A DNA stretch of 64,000 nucleotides from Stegostoma tigrinum (GCF_030684315.1 NC_081381.1:25795811-25859810), one strand, 5' to 3'; shown: positions 1 to 13,567, counted from the first letter of the stretch. The notes: a model not told the origin generated them from the letters alone. Numbers and translations: made by a program.

Positions 1-649
1 TCAAGCACTGTCACATGGCATCAAGTCAAATATAGACAAGAAAACCTGTTTATTAGCATCCAATCAGCTGCTGATCAATGCTCCTTCATGAAACAAGAAC
101 GGAGAATAGCAAGTGCCTTGAAACTACTTAGCTGTGGGAGCATTCAATGTTGAATGACTTAGTAACCATTACTGACTGGGTTGGCCCATTACAGATGGAC
201 ATGCTTGCCAGTTTGAGTCTGTGGTAGATAGTAAGAGATAAAATGAGGGACAAGCCTACTTACGGATTTGACCATGCCAGTATACTCACTGAGGATGCCC
301 TCTGTAGTACTGTGTGGCACTACCACTATGCAAAATGCAGTAGATTCAGAGCAAATCTTTCTGATCAAAATTGGGCACCCATGATGAGCTGTGAGCATCA
401 GCAACAGAATTGTATTCCACTGAAGTGTAAATCCTTCTGGCTTGGCATATCTTTGACTTGACAATTGCCGGGTAACAACAGCATTAATCTAGCTCAATGA
501 AATACAGAAGCACTAGTGAGACCAGGCAGCAAGCACACCCAATAATAACATGCCAATTTGGTGAAGCAATGAAACAGGACTACATTCATGTTAAACAACA
601 TGCTATATAGAGTTTAAGGCATTAACCTAACAGTGGATTAGAGCATAAG

Positions 650-1325
650 CACTGTAGTCCTGCCTTATCGAGTAGAAAATGGTGGTAGGTAATTACATGG
701 ACTCTATAAATGAGGAATTGGGCACTGAGAGCAAACCAGTAGTTTAGAAAGGTTCATTATAACTTCTTGTATTTATGAAGTCCAAGATCCTGTATATCTC
801 TAATCAATTTCTCAACATGCTCAGCCACATGTAACAATTTGTGCGCACACTGCCCCCACCTGTTGCTCAATTCAACCACATTTCTCTGCCCTCCCCAACT
901 TCAGAACTGTCCTCTTCATTTTATACTGCTTTTACTTGTCCTTTCCATCAAAATGTATCACTTTGCACTTAAACTAAATTTAATCTGCCTCACATCCATT
1001 TCACCAACTTGTCCATGCCCTCATGAAATTTACTGTGACAATATCTTTATTGTTCATTGCCATCTGATATGCGTGGCAATACTTTGTCACTTCCGTTCCA
1101 AGAGAGGCTGTGGTCCTAACAGCAACCTTTGGGGAAGCCCCAGTGCATGCTCCTTCAGTTCACCTCTCTACATTCAAATCAAGTTTGATTCTGTCCTGTC
1201 TCTGTCTTGTTTATTCTTCAGGCTTCAACTTCAGGTGTCTATTACGTGGCACTTTATTTCATGTCTTTTGAAAGTGCAATTACATCAAACCACCTTTATC
1301 AGCCTTCTCTGTTACATCATTAGTT
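650..1325 (-). mobile_element. Degenerate CR1 LINE fragment
   Basis: Similar to other CR1 RT fragments in the window. Confidence 0.6.
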
Positions 1326-1423
1326 AGTTAGATATAAAAAATGTGAAGAAGCAACAATATAAAGATACCATCATGAGTAATTCTGCATTCATAGCTTTAC
1401 AGCTTTCTTGGTGGCTCAGCTGG

Positions 1424-1636
1424 TGGACAAAGTCAAAAATCACATGATGGCAGGTTATAATCCAACAGGTTTATGTGAAATCACAAGCTTTCACAGCGCA
1501 GCCCTTTTGTCAGGACTCCACCTGACCAAGGGGCTGCGCTCCGAAAGCTTGTGATTTCAAATAAACCTGTTGGACTATAATCTGGTGTCATGTGACTTCT
1601 GACCTTGTCCATCCTGGTCCAAAACCTCCACATCAT
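1424..1636. mobile_element. Palindromic mini-element of a second PLE family; two degenerate hammerheads back to back
   Basis: Arms 1424-1514 and 1521-1611; plus arm reads cac-CTGACCA-a-ggggctgcgctcc-GAAA-gc-TT-gtg, with helix I cac/gtg and palindromic AAGCTT. Confidence 0.8.
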
Positions 1637-1779
1637 GGCTTAGTTGAGAAGCTGAACTGTGACCCAATGAAGTGTTCTGTCTAATGTTGCTCTTCACTGA
1701 AAGTGATTTCTGAGCTCACATGAAGTTGACTCAGAGTTCCTGGTCTCATTTGCTAATCAGTGATTCATGTTAGATGTGT

Positions 1780-1990
1780 ATTTTTTAATTAACTTGTTCA
1801 GTGATGTTACAGCACATCTCTGGAGGATGTGACTTGAAGGTTGGGTGCTACCACTGAGGCATACGGGCCCTTATTGTTTTTAAACATGTTTGGATATGTG
1901 GAGACACAGCACTAGGTCAGATGAGACATGAAAGTTGATCTTCTGAACCAGAAATAGTGACACTACCAATATCTCATAAGGGCCCAACCA
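1780..1990 (-). mobile_element. Tandem pair of short tRNA-like SINEs; same family at about 53800-53960 (plus) and 34250-34300 (minus)
   Basis: Shared ctccagag...ctgaacagg..gatt..aaaata tail and A/B-box-like head. Confidence 0.55.
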
Positions 1991-2099
1991 TCATGCTGGA
2001 TGTGTCAAAGGGAGACAGATGAGATTCATGTTTGAGTAAATAGTCCGTTGATACCATGAAGTGATGAAACTTTGCTAAAAAGTATGAGAAGAAATGATA

Positions 2100-2920
2100 G
2101 GAACTAAATGGTATCATTTTTAAGGAAGTACAGGAATAGCATCTCCTTAGAGGTGGCTAAACTAACAAATGGAATAGAGAGAGTAGGAACTGCAGATATT
2201 AGAGAATCTGAGATGAGATAAGGTGTGGAGCAGGATGAACACAGCAGGCCACGCAGCATCAGAGGTGCAGGAAGGCTGAGGTTTTGGGCCTAGACATTTC
2301 TTCAGAAAATGAATTTTCTGATGCTGCTTGGTTTGCTGTGTTCATCCACCTCTACACCTTGTTATAACATATGGGACACTCGGCTTTATTAACAGAGGAT
2401 CAGAATACTAACCGTAATAATATCACATTCAGTTCTAGCTAAAGAGCTGTGTTTAATTCTGGCATCCTTTCTGTAATATGGTGCTCTGTGCCTTAAAACG
2501 GGTGCAGAAGAGATTCACTGGCGTGGGATTCAGGATGAAAGACTTTCAGTTGTGTTGTGAGCAGTGCATGCAGAGTCGTTGCCCTTGCAGCAATGATGAT
2601 TAAGTGGAAATTTAATCGTTCAAAATCATAACTTTTTCATACAGTAAATAAACAGATTGTTTCAGTGAAAAAAAGTTACGTAGATTAAAACTAATGGGCA
2701 ACAAACTGCAGATTGGATGAAGAACCTTTTCCTTTGCACACAGCAAGTTTTAAGATGTGGAATGCTCTAAGGCAGTGCGTTAGAATAGGGTGGACGTTAC
2801 AGTGAAAGCAAATTCAACTGCAGATCAGATTTGTGTTTGAAAGAAAAGAAAAATGGAATTAACTGGACAGCTCCATCGAAGAGACACAAAGTACTGTTTG
2901 ACCTTCTATGCTGCATCATT
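2100..2920 (+). mobile_element. Old CR1 3' fragment interrupted by a PLE mini-element
   Basis: gggtgcagaagagattcac and gatgtggaatgctct motifs; CR1 3' UTR. Confidence 0.7.
2176..2365. mobile_element. Palindromic PLE mini-element with decayed hammerhead (2278-2305, minus), inserted in a CR1 fragment
   Basis: Same tail family as 42702; imperfect TSD aacaaatggaa / aacatatggga. Confidence 0.8.
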
Positions 2921-3394
2921 CCAAACCTCAGCAAAATATTAATGCCTTGGAAAATGAAGGCTTGAGGAGGAAATAGGAAACAACATGATGCCCCCTTAGG
3001 CAATGATGAAAGCAAAAGAAGTAACGTCTTAATCTGAATTGCCCTTAAGTATATGATTATCATTCTGCCACATGATTCAGTAGAACTGCATGGGTTTCCA
3101 GAGGGATTAAGTTGCACGATTAGATGGAATTAGCAAAGGATACCTTTTACTCTGTACTCTCCAATCATGTTTCCTTTGGGAAGAACCATAAGTTGATCAG
3201 GGGCAAAAGGTCAACATAGCTAAAACAAAATTGAGTTTATTGAATTTTTAATATATCTCATCTTTTGAAAATAATAGTGACATTTTTTGTGTAAATGAGG
3301 TAGCCATTTTTTTTTACAGATTACAAGAGCTCCAACAAAGAATTAAAGAGCTAGCTAATGTGCATGTTTTATTGATGTATATTCACACCTACTA

Positions 3395-3560
3395 GGTTAG
3401 GGAGGAGTATTGGTCAAGATGCCAGAAGAAATTCCTGCTCCACTTTGAATAGTGCCACTGGATCTTTAAAATACATTTGAACCACTTAAACAGGCAGATG
3501 AGGCTTTGGTTTAATGTTTCAGCAAAAATGTTAGCAATTCTGACCGTTGCTCTGTGCCAC
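3395..3560 (-). mobile_element. DeuSINE (SacSINE1-like) core within the putative 3' UTR
   Basis: Similar to 59570-59700 (tattggccaggacacc...aatagtgcca.ggatct...ggcagat..ggc.ttggtttaa). Confidence 0.65.
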
Positions 3561-3860
3561 ACAGGGTGGATGTAACACGGTAGAAGGAAGAATAAAAATA
3601 AACACCAGGGAAAAAGGACTCCAGCCTGCTACAGTTCTTTGAATGTCCAAACCCCAACCTATCCAATATCAATCTTTTTATTGTAATATGATCTTTTCAA
3701 AACAGCCCATGGATTCGTTGCATTTACATGATCAGCAGCATATACATACACACAGATCCTGATTATAATAGATTCATGCATAGATCAGTCAAGAGTCACT
3801 GCTCATTTTAAATCTACAGTCCTACGTGTTGTTGGCAAGTGAAACCAAACTCTTACTGTC

Positions 3861-3883
3861 ATATATATATATATATATATATA
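3861..3883. repeat. (AT)n microsatellite; a second imperfect tract at about 4014-4054
   Basis: Direct reading. Confidence 0.95.
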
Positions 3884-4584
3884 CAGCCGGTTGTCAGGAC
3901 ACAATGCTCAATAGTGCCTCAAGATTACGTTATATTGTTTTTTTTTCAAATCAGCATCTCTGCTACTTTAACAGTTGTGGGCATCTGAAAGGTCGCCACT
4001 GAACTTGTGGCCCATATTTATATATATGTATATTTATATTATATATATATATATAAAATTGCATGTATATAACATATACACAAGTGTGCAGATCTGGAAT
4101 CCCGCAATACTATTTTTGGGGAAAAACCTCAATTGATTAGGTTTCCTAACAAGCAATTAGATTACGGTCAAATCTATGAATTGCAGGCTCCAGCAGCGTA
4201 CCATACTTTATATTCATGATCAAAAGATTCCGTATCCAGCAACAGCTCCTCATTAAAATAATGTTTTTCAACACAGGGAAAACCAGCCAAATCTGATGTT
4301 AATTTTAATGCAACACCTGTTATGATCCAGTGATATTTCTGCATTAAGAAAAGAATAAGTTTAAAAACTTAGCAAAGGTAACAGGCAGCCCAGTGAACCA
4401 GCTATGGCTTGTCAGCACTGGTTTGTGGTATATATTTTCTTGTTTGATCCGTTTCTGGAGCATCAGGACCTTGAAGTTTAATTCCTTTGTCAGAAGCATA
4501 CTGGTATTAACTTCAGTTACAGTTTGAGCAGGCAAAGAAGATTATTTTTGAAAGATAACAGTCCAGGCCCATTTGACTCCCTCA

Positions 4585-4674
4585 TTAAGATCGATAGTCC
4601 TTTTTGCTGTATGGTTTGTTTCCCAGGATACCATCGATCTCGTGCACAACTGATGAGGATAACTTGGGAAGGAC
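4585..4674 (-). CDS. KCNAB2: KCNAB2 last coding exon, [29 protein letters not shown]
   Basis: ttcttttcctcag|GTCCTTCCC...CGATCTTAA; canonical Kv-beta C-terminus; stop at 4585-4587. Confidence 0.98.
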   Translation of the reverse strand, partial: VLPKLSSSVVHEIDGILGNKPYSKKDYRS

Positions 4675-5459
4675 CTGAGGAAAAGAATAAGATAATAGTA
4701 CTTGATTTCATTTTACCCCAAAGTCTTGCGCACTGAAACAGCATTTACTCTCATTTTGTCTAAATTTGGCACTATTAAGGTGGCAAGTATTGAGAGTTGG
4801 GGAATCAAGAACTTTCCACTGCAGGTAACTAATATCAGCCTGCCTTCAGAACAAGGAAACCAATATGTGAAGTAACAAATACAACAATGCTATCTGTTGC
4901 GTTGAGCTACCTGATTTCAAGGACACCATAATGTCTGAACTCTTGAGGAAAATAATCCAGAAAACTCTGCTGGAAGTGTGCAAGTGTGCGTGCTGGCTGA
5001 GAACAGGAATTGGGTTGGCTGTTGTTGAAAAAATTATTGTTTCTGCATGAAGAAATCCTTTTTGAGTGAGATACTGCAAGGCAACCATCATCAGTAGAAT
5101 GTCCTCTAGCAAGGAGGCAGATCAGGGGAAGAGGAGGGGTGAAGATTGGGAAGGAGAGAACAAGAAATAAAAACAATTTCAGGGGCAAATCTGAGGAAGA
5201 CCACAAAGAATTGGATGTTCCTGTAACAAGTGACAACTGTAACTATAATCAGTTAGTCTTCAGTTACCGAACAGTCGTGCTGGTATCCCAGTTGACAAGC
5301 TGTGCGAGTAATGGGAAAATTGACACCGATTCATTCTTTTCAGTGTAAGTGGGGCTCATCATCAAAATGATCTGTCAGTGTCTTCCATAAATATCATACA
5401 ACTCTTGGACATTATACATCTGTTAGTTGTATCCCTACGTAGCTTTTTGGTAAAATTAT

Positions 5460-7290
5460 TTAGAAAAAAAGTAGAAGGAGTAGGTTATTTGACCCATCAT
5501 GCTTGATCTGATTATGGCCTCAATTCCTGCTATTCTCTCCCCTACTCCCACAACTGCTTGACAGCCTTCTTGATGAAAAATCGAAATCAAACATGAATAT
5601 ATTCAATGAACCAGCTTCTCCTGCACTCTGAGGAAGGGAATTCCAAAGACTAACAACTCTCGGAGAAAAAATTCTCATCACTATTGTAAACGAGCAAGCG
5701 AGACAAAGGAGAGCCAGCAGACATGTCACAGTTGTTTAGGTTTCTAGAAGACTTTTGACAAGGTGCTGCACAGGATGCTGCTAAATAAGACAAAAGTTAA
5801 GTGTTAGGGGCATTGTACTGGCATGGACAGAGAATTGGCTGACTGGAAGAAGGCAGAAAATGGGGTTAAGGGGGTTTTTTTCAGGATGGCAACCAGTGAC
5901 TAGTGGAGTTCCGCACAGGTCAGTGTTGGGACTGTTGGGGTTCACAACTATTCACATTATACATTAACCATCTGTACTAAGGAAAAGACAGCACTGCTGT
6001 GAAGTTTGTAGATGACAGAAAAATAGGTGGAGGGACAGGAAGCATTGAGGATGCAGGGAGGCTGCAGAAGTACTTGGACAGGCTAGGAGACAGTGGATTA
6101 AGAAGTGGCAGATGAAATACACTATGTGAAAGTAGGAACTTAGGCACTTTGGTCAGAAGAAACGGCATAGACTACTTTCTAAATGGGGAAAGGATTTGGA
6201 AATCTGAAGAATAAAGGGCCTTAGCAGTAGTCCTTGTTCAGGATTCTCTTAAGATGAACATGTAGGTTCAGTTGGCAGTTAGGAAGGTAAATGCAATGTT
6301 AGCGTTCATTAGAGAAGACTGGAATACAACAACAAGAACGTACTGCTCTGAATAAGGCTCTGGCTGGACTGCATTTGGAATATTTTGGCGCAATTTTGGG
6401 CCCTATATCTAAGGAAGTAAGTGCTGGTATTACAGGGAGTCCGGAGGATGTTCACAAGAATGATCCTGGGAATGAAGGGCTTGTCATATGAAGAGCTGTT
6501 GAAGACTCTGGACCTGTATTCGATGGAGTTTAGAAGGATGAGGGAGGATCTCATTGAAACTTACAGATACTGAGAGGGCTGGATAGCGAGGATGTGAAGA
6601 AAAATATTTCCAAAAGTAGGAGAGACTAGGACCCAATGGTCAGCCTCAGAGTGAAGGGACAACACTTTAGAACTGGGATGAGGAGGAATTTCTTCAGGCA
6701 GACGATGCTGAATCCATGGAACCTATTGCTGCAGAAGGTTCTGGAAGCGAAGACATGGAGTGTCTTTAAGACAGAGATAGGTAAGTTCTTGATTAGTAAG
6801 GGGATCAAGGATTATGGAGGAGACAACGGAAGAATAGGGTTAAGAAACATATCAGCCATGATCAATTGGTGGTGCAGAGCTGATGGGTCCAAATGGCTCA
6901 ACGCTTCTCTCTCATGGTCTAATTTGGAAACCTCTTATTTTTAAAATTGTGCATCCTAGTACTAGAAACACCCAAAAGAACGCCTCCAGTCTGAGTTTAT
7001 CCTGTCAGCTCTCCTCCAAAACTTAAATGTTTAGCCAAACATATATTAGGAGTTGAGGTGGGCCATTCACCCCTACAAGCCAGCTCCAATCGATAAAATG
7101 ATGGTTGATCTGTTTATGTTTAAATTCCAAATTGCCATCTAGCCCAGATAACCCTGATTCCCTCACCTAACAAGAATATATCCACCTCGTGTTAAAAATA
7201 TTCAATGACTCCATCTCAATCGCCTTCTGAGACAGACTTCCAAGGGAGCACGAACCTTTAAAAAAATGTCTCACCTGCGTCCTGTTGGAT
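5460..7290. mobile_element. CR1 cluster: plus-strand RT fragment (about 5730-6920) nested in a minus-strand CR1 3' end, plus another tail at 7040-7290
   Basis: 102-aa ORF RRNFFRQTMLNPWNLL; FSPRVVSLWNSLP on minus. Confidence 0.85.
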
Positions 7291-8084
7291 ATTGGGGACC
7301 TTTAAAAATTGGATTTTCCTACTATTTACTACATAGCATAAGATTTCAATTAACAGCAACTACAGTAGTAACTTTAAACTTTAAAAAACAATTCATTTTT
7401 CAAAATTCTACTGTAGAATAATGAAAAGAAAAATGATGAGATTTACTGGTATCATGATGCGCACTGAAATAGCATCAAAAGATACAAAAGGTATCTTATT
7501 AGTGTACTGTTTTTGACAATAAGATGATTTTGTTCTTAGAAGGAATGAAAACAAACTTTTGAATGGAGGTGGGAAAGAGGACAATAGCTGCCCGTGTCCT
7601 GATAGCTGTCCCATGCCATTGGACAAAAGCATTCGGACAATTTATTTGACACAGTGTAAGCTACCTATCCCGAGAGATGCAATCTAGTAAGTGCTCATGG
7701 ACAGAGGGGAGTTTTCAGGAAGCGGATCTTATTGGGTAATCCTGAGACAGCAGTCTTCATTGAACAGTCCTCATCAGGCAGATGGAAGATGAACCAGAAA
7801 AAGAGGAGGAAGACCAAAGGAGGAGTTCACTACCACCACAGCTACAGAGCAGGTTATTGCCCCCATCACGTTAACAAGATCAACAAAACTGCACTCACAG
7901 TCTCTTGTCCTCTGGTATCAGTGAACACCCTAATTATTGTGGTTGTATACTTCTTTACCTTAATAACTAATGTGCCATATCTCAACTACTGCTTTGTGAT
8001 AAACTCAATAAACTTTCAGAAATTTACTTACAAATCATCACTGCCTATACTGCATAACTGAGATATCAAACTCCCTAAAATCAA

Positions 8085-8270
8085 TACACATATTCTGCTA
8101 TGATGTGTGTTTCGTTAATGCAAATTAGCTGTAACACGATTGATAAATAGTGGACGCTGTTTGGATAGTGTATACTTTCTGGTGTACAGCTATAGCAATT
8201 TTCTATAGCGATTTCCCTATAGCATCATTTTCTATGGCGATTTCCCATAACGCAAATTTGAGAACTACTA
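8085..8270. mobile_element. Probable Tigger/pogo-type MITE remnant with internal tandem ttttctatagcgatttccc
   Basis: Tandem duplication at about 8197-8250; decayed ctataacgcg-type motifs. Confidence 0.4.
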
Positions 8271-8274
8271 AAGT

Positions 8275-11200
8275 CTTAAAAGGGGGTCTCCTAGTTCTGG
8301 ACTCAAGCATATGTCCACCACATCAGAACAATTTGGGATCTTAAAAGCTTCATTCAAATCACCCGTGCTTTTGTAAAAACCTACCCTAGCCTATTCAATA
8401 TTTTCTGGTCAGACAATCTGTTCATTCCATGTACCAATCTACTAAACCTCCTCTGAATCATCTCCGGTTCATTTCTTCCTGAAAAAGGAGATCAAAATGC
8501 ACACAGTATTCAAGATGTGGTCTCACTAATGTATTGCCAAAGCAATAATGTGATTTTTCATTCTTATAAATCCAATGAGTATAAGCCTAACCTGCTCAAC
8601 TTATTGTCATAACACAATCCTTTCATGCCAAAAATCAGGATAGTGAATGTTCTCTGAACTGCTTCCAATGCAAATATTTTCTTCATTAAGGAAAGAGACC
8701 AAAATTTTGCATTGGATGAGGGTGCAGTCTCACCAAAGTGCTGTACCAACGTCTCTAGTTTTATAAAGAGCAACATTCCAATCGACTTCCTAAATATTTG
8801 CTATAACTGGATGCTAACCTTCTGTGATTCATGTACAAGGCCATCCAGAACATTCTGCACTGCAACATTTTGTAGTTGCTCTCTGTTTAAATAATATTGT
8901 TTTGTTTAATCTGCCAGCCAAGATGGACAACCGCACATTTTCCGACATTGTACTTCCTATTTGTCAATAGTCTACTCACTCAATGAATATAAAATTATAA
9001 ACTATATTCCTTTGCAGAATATTTGTGTCTGCCTCCCTACTTTATATTTGTATCATAAGCAAATCTGATTACAAGGCAGATTATAAATAGTTGAGGCCTC
9101 AGAAGTGGCACTCCACAAGTTGCAGTTTTCCAATTTTATAGTGAACAGTTTATTGGGCTCTGTTTCCTGTTCACTAATCTTCTATCACACTCACCCCCAA
9201 TGAGACATTTGAGCAGTTCAGCTCATTGAGTCTGCTCCAAAATTTAACGGGATCACAGCTGATTTGATGAACCTCAATTCCACTTTCCTGCCTTTTCCTA
9301 ATAACTCTCAATTCCCTGAATAATTAAAAATCTATCTCAACCTTGAACATGTTTAATGTCCCGGCTTCAACTGCACTCAGTGGTAAAGAATTCCGAAGAT
9401 TCACAACGCTCAGAAGAAATTCTTCCTTATCTCAGTTTTAAATGCGCACCCCCCAAATCTTGGATGATGTCCTCTGGTTTTCGACTGTTCCTGTAAGAGG
9501 AAACTGCCTTTCCATATCTACCCTGTCTACTCCTCTAACAATCTAATATGCTTCAACAAAGTCACCTTTCATTCTTCTATATATCAAGAACAGCTTCAAT
9601 CTACTCAAACTCACCTCATAAAAATCCTTACATACCTGTTATCAGCCTAATGAACCTTCTTTGGAGTGTCTCCAATGCCAGTCTATCTTTCCTTAGGTAA
9701 GGGGCCCAAAATGTGTACAGTTTTAGCGAAACCTCCTTACTTTGAGATTTTACTCGCTTTGACGTAAAGGCCAACATTTCATTTCCATTTCCTATTACTC
9801 GCTGAGCTTTGATGCTCGCTCTTGGATTCACGAACAAGGTTTCTCAAATTAAGCTGCAGCTTTTTGCTGTCTTTCTCCACTTAAATAATATTGAGCCCCT
9901 CTATTCTTCCTGTCAAAATGCATAACCTCACATTTCCCCACATTATATTCCATCTGCAAAGTTTTTGCCCACTCACTTGTGTATAACTGTGCCAACCTCA
10001 CCATTTGCCTTCTCTTGTATTTTTGTGGCACGTCCCCAACTAACTTGCCTATAGTACATTCACTTTCGTCATTCAAGTCATTAATATATATTGTAAATAA
10101 CTGTGGCCCTAACAGTGATCCTTGTGGCACATCACTCACTACAGTTTGCCATTATGAACATGCCTGTTTTATCCCTATATCTTCTATTATAGAACATGGA
10201 ACAATACAGAGCAAAACAGGCCCTTCGGTCCTCGATGTTGTGCCGACCTGTGAACTAATCTAAGCCCCTCCCCCTACACTATCCCATCATTATCCATATG
10301 TTTATCCAAGGGCTGTTTAAATGCCCCTAATGTGGCCGAGTTAACTACATTGGCAGACAGAGCGTTCCACACCTTACCACTCTCTGAGTAAAGAACCTGC
10401 CTCTGACATCTGTCTTAAATCTACCACCCCTCAATTTGTAGGTATGCCCCCTTGTACAAGCTGAAGTCATCATCCTCAGAAAAAGACTCTCACTGTCCAC
10501 CCTATCTAATCCTCTGATCATCTTGTATGTCTCTATTAAATCCTCTCTTAGCCTCCTTCTCTCCAATGAGAACAGACGCAAGTCCCTCAGCCTTTCTTCA
10601 TAGGGCCTGCGCTCCAGACCAGGCAACATCCTGGTAAATCTTCTCTGCACCTTTTCCAATGCTTCCACATCCTTCCTGTAATGGGGCGACCAGAACTGCA
10701 CGCAATATTCCAAATGAGGCCGCACTAGCGTTTTGTACAGTTGCAGCATGAAAATTAGTTAGCCAATGCTCTATCCCTCTTAATATACTATCTCCAACAC
10801 CGTGGGCTCTTAAGTAGCCTCATGTGTAGTACCTTATCAAACACATGTTGGAAATCCAAGCATATTATATCCACTACTTCCCCTTTATCTACACTGCTTG
10901 TTGCCTCCTCAAAGAATGTTAGTTGATTTGTTGGACACAATTTTTTCTTCATGAAGCCATGCTGACTCTGCTTGAGCACATTATGCATTTCCAAATGCTC
11001 TGTCATTACATCCTTTATAATAGACACTAACATTGTCCCAATAACAGGCATAAGCTAACTGGTCTGTAGTTACCTTTTATTGTCTCCTTCCTATCTAAAT
11101 AAAGGTGTTACACTGGTACTTACTCTAAGGCTTTTCCAGAATCTAAGGATTCTGGAAGATTACAATCTTCCACTATCTCTGTATCTACTTCCTTTCATAT

Positions 11201-12370
11201 TCTAGGATGCATTGCATCAGATCCAGGTAATTGGTCTTTGGTTCCATTAGTTTCCCTAGCATCTTTCTCTCAAATGATAGTTCTAGTATTTATTGCCTGT
11301 CCTTTTACCCCTTAAATCTTTTGTAATTGTGGAATACTATTAGTATCTTCTACTGTGAAGACTGGTACAAAAGTACTTATTTTGTTTCTCTGCATTTCTT
11401 GGTTCATCATCATTTCCCCAGCCTCATTCTCTAAGGGACCTACACCCACTTTGCCTTCTCTCTTCCTTTTGATCTACTTTTCTTTCCTCTTTAGTATTTA
11501 GCCATTTTTTGCTGCTTTCTAATATATCAATATTCTTCTGGGTTACCACTAATCTTTCCAGCATTGTATTTCAATACTTCTTTCAATATGATTCCATCCT
11601 GAACTTCTTAAGTTAGCCAAAGAACTACAAACTATCTCAAATGCTAGCTTCTGCTTCTCCAGTATCTTACTTTTAACCTATTTTACACTTCAGCCAATAC
11701 TGACTCCATATCCTTTTAAGTGCCTTTCCTTAAATTTCAGACACTACTTTTAGACATAAATTTCTTGCCTTCAAACTAAATGAAAATTTGCTTATGTTAC
11801 AATCACTCTTAACTTGAGGATCCTTTATTATGAGGTCATCAATAAATTGTTACATTACATATTACAAAGTCTAAAATAACCAGGGTTGGTTCCAGAATGT
11901 ACTGTTTTGAGAACTGCTTAGAATACATTCATGAACTCATCCTCAGGCTACATTTTTTCCCTCATTTGATTTATCTAAACTATATGGAAATAAAATTATC
12001 TTCTATAGCCTATTATTTCTGCATTTATACTCTATCCTAAAGTGTAACCACTGTCTTTCAGCCTGTAAAGCACTTTCACCAGGAAGATCTTTTTCTGTTT
12101 CTTATGTCTACCCAGTAGAATCAAGATCATTTCATATACTACTGATCACATCCTTTATTTACAAGAGCAACCTGTATTCTTTTCTTTTTGAAATGTCAAA
12201 TACCCTTGAATAATCAGATCCCAGCTCACGATCAGCTTCCAATCTTGACTTTAAAATGGCTATCAAATTCATATCTATTCATGCTACAAATTCAGCCATC
12301 TTGTCATGAGAATGTGAATCTTTTCCTTATCAAGACCGAAGACAGACAGTCAGATTCTTATACGTGTGGA
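8275..12370 (-). mobile_element. Stacked CR1 LINE fragments
   Basis: ORFs VPQGSLLGPQLFTIYINDL, QHGFMKKK, DIICLDFQHVFDKV. Confidence 0.9.
10188..10750 (-). mobile_element. Young CR1 3' end nested in an older CR1
   Basis: Open 134-aa [24 protein letters not shown]...GRFFTQRVV; host element resumes at 10751. Confidence 0.92.
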
Positions 12371-12633
12371 CTGTTTTAGCTTCCCCGAACAGAACCACTT
12401 TCTTAATCTTATCTATGGGTACCAAAGAGGTCCAAAACAAATTAATTCCTCCCCTTCCACTCCTCTCCAGCTTTGGGTCGGAGTCCTTATTACTGACATT
12501 GGACAGGTAACACACTTGGTCGCAGAAAACAATATCAACACAATGTAGGTTTTACTCAACAGCCAAAACCAAGGTACACACATTCCTGCGTCTTTTTGAG
12601 GATAACAGTTGCTTGACTTAAACTGATACAAAC

Positions 12634-12722
12634 CTGTATTGCTCCAATGTTTTCCAGAAGTTGTTCAGTGTTAGAGGCTCCCACTAGCACAGAACTAACT
12701 CCCTCATTCCTTAAACACCAGG
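12634..12722 (-). CDS. KCNAB2: KCNAB2 coding exon, (A)[29 protein letters not shown]
   Basis: tttatcttacag|CCTGGTGTTT...AATACAG|gtttgt; 89 nt, phase 1/0. Confidence 0.98.
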
Positions 12723-13567
12723 CTGTAAGATAAACACAAGATTATTAGAATATAATGCTGTATATACTCTGTCTGGATCATCCATTGTCAGAAACAGGTC
12801 CACACTATGCTGTACCACCCAACAGCATGAAGGAAATAATGTCCCTACCATCAATATGATCTGGAACATTAGACGTTGATCTCAAGAACAGTTGCTTGAA
12901 GCAGTGGAAAACATCATCTCTTCTACTAACATCTTAGTCACTAGCGGCACATTGATAACTTAAAATGGGAAGCCTGTCAGCAAGGGCTGGTGCCAAACAA
13001 GAGGGAGAATAAGTGGGCAGAAATATATTTTAAAAACTATTTTGGTTAGGAATATACTAATTTACCAATGGGCAGTGCTTAAACTTACAGTGCACAATGA
13101 TTTTCTTGCAGATAGGACAGTTCTATGGAACCTAGAACAGTTTTCAGAAAATCTTTCATTTAATATTGTTTCATGAATGTAATGTTAATGTTTAATGGGG
13201 ACTGACTGTACAATGTTTTTTTGAACTGTATTCACCATAAATTTTGCTTTCCATAGTTTCATTTACAGTCACTTTGCCTCTAGGTTATTTGATAGCACAA
13301 AGAAGTATGACAAGTGTATGAGTATCGGTCAATCTCTTTAAATTGCAAAGAAGAACTTATTATTGGTACATCAAGTGTTGTGCAAGAATAGCAGAGACTA
13401 TAGTTTTCACCCAGAAATGAGAGGGAGAGAGAAGCAATTATTCATCTACATAGGCACTTCTCTCAGCCTTAGAAGATCAAATCTGGGATTTGAGTCCCTC
13501 CGATGACAAATTATGCTTTTTGATTTCAATATATTGCTACAATTCCCACAAATATAAATTGAGAAGG

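Larger units (their letters stand above)
3236..4584 (-). other. KCNAB2: Probable KCNAB2 3' UTR with candidate AATAAA signals at 3677-3682, 3368-3373 and 3236-3241
   Basis: Follows the stop codon; AT-rich; the distal AATAAA is followed by a U/GU-rich tract (ttttgttttagctatgttgacctttt); the true end is not determinable. Confidence 0.55.

Noticed and set aside
839-1327. 162-aa plus-strand ORF
   Set aside because: Antisense to a decayed CR1; no recognisable domain
1424-1611. Long hairpin as a miRNA precursor or classic MITE
   Set aside because: Hammerhead cores, a one-sided tail and parallels with other PLE palindromes explain it better
4517-4744. 75-aa and 70-aa ORFs over the last KCNAB2 exon; similar ORFs at 22559-22857 and 38775-39065
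   Set aside because: Wrong frame or strand relative to the spliced KCNAB2 frame
13087-13210. TA-CAGT...ACTG-TA ends suggesting a Tigger MITE; similar weak TIR pairs at 27730-27890 and 37880-38047
   Set aside because: Terminal matches are too short or degenerate to support without a repeat library
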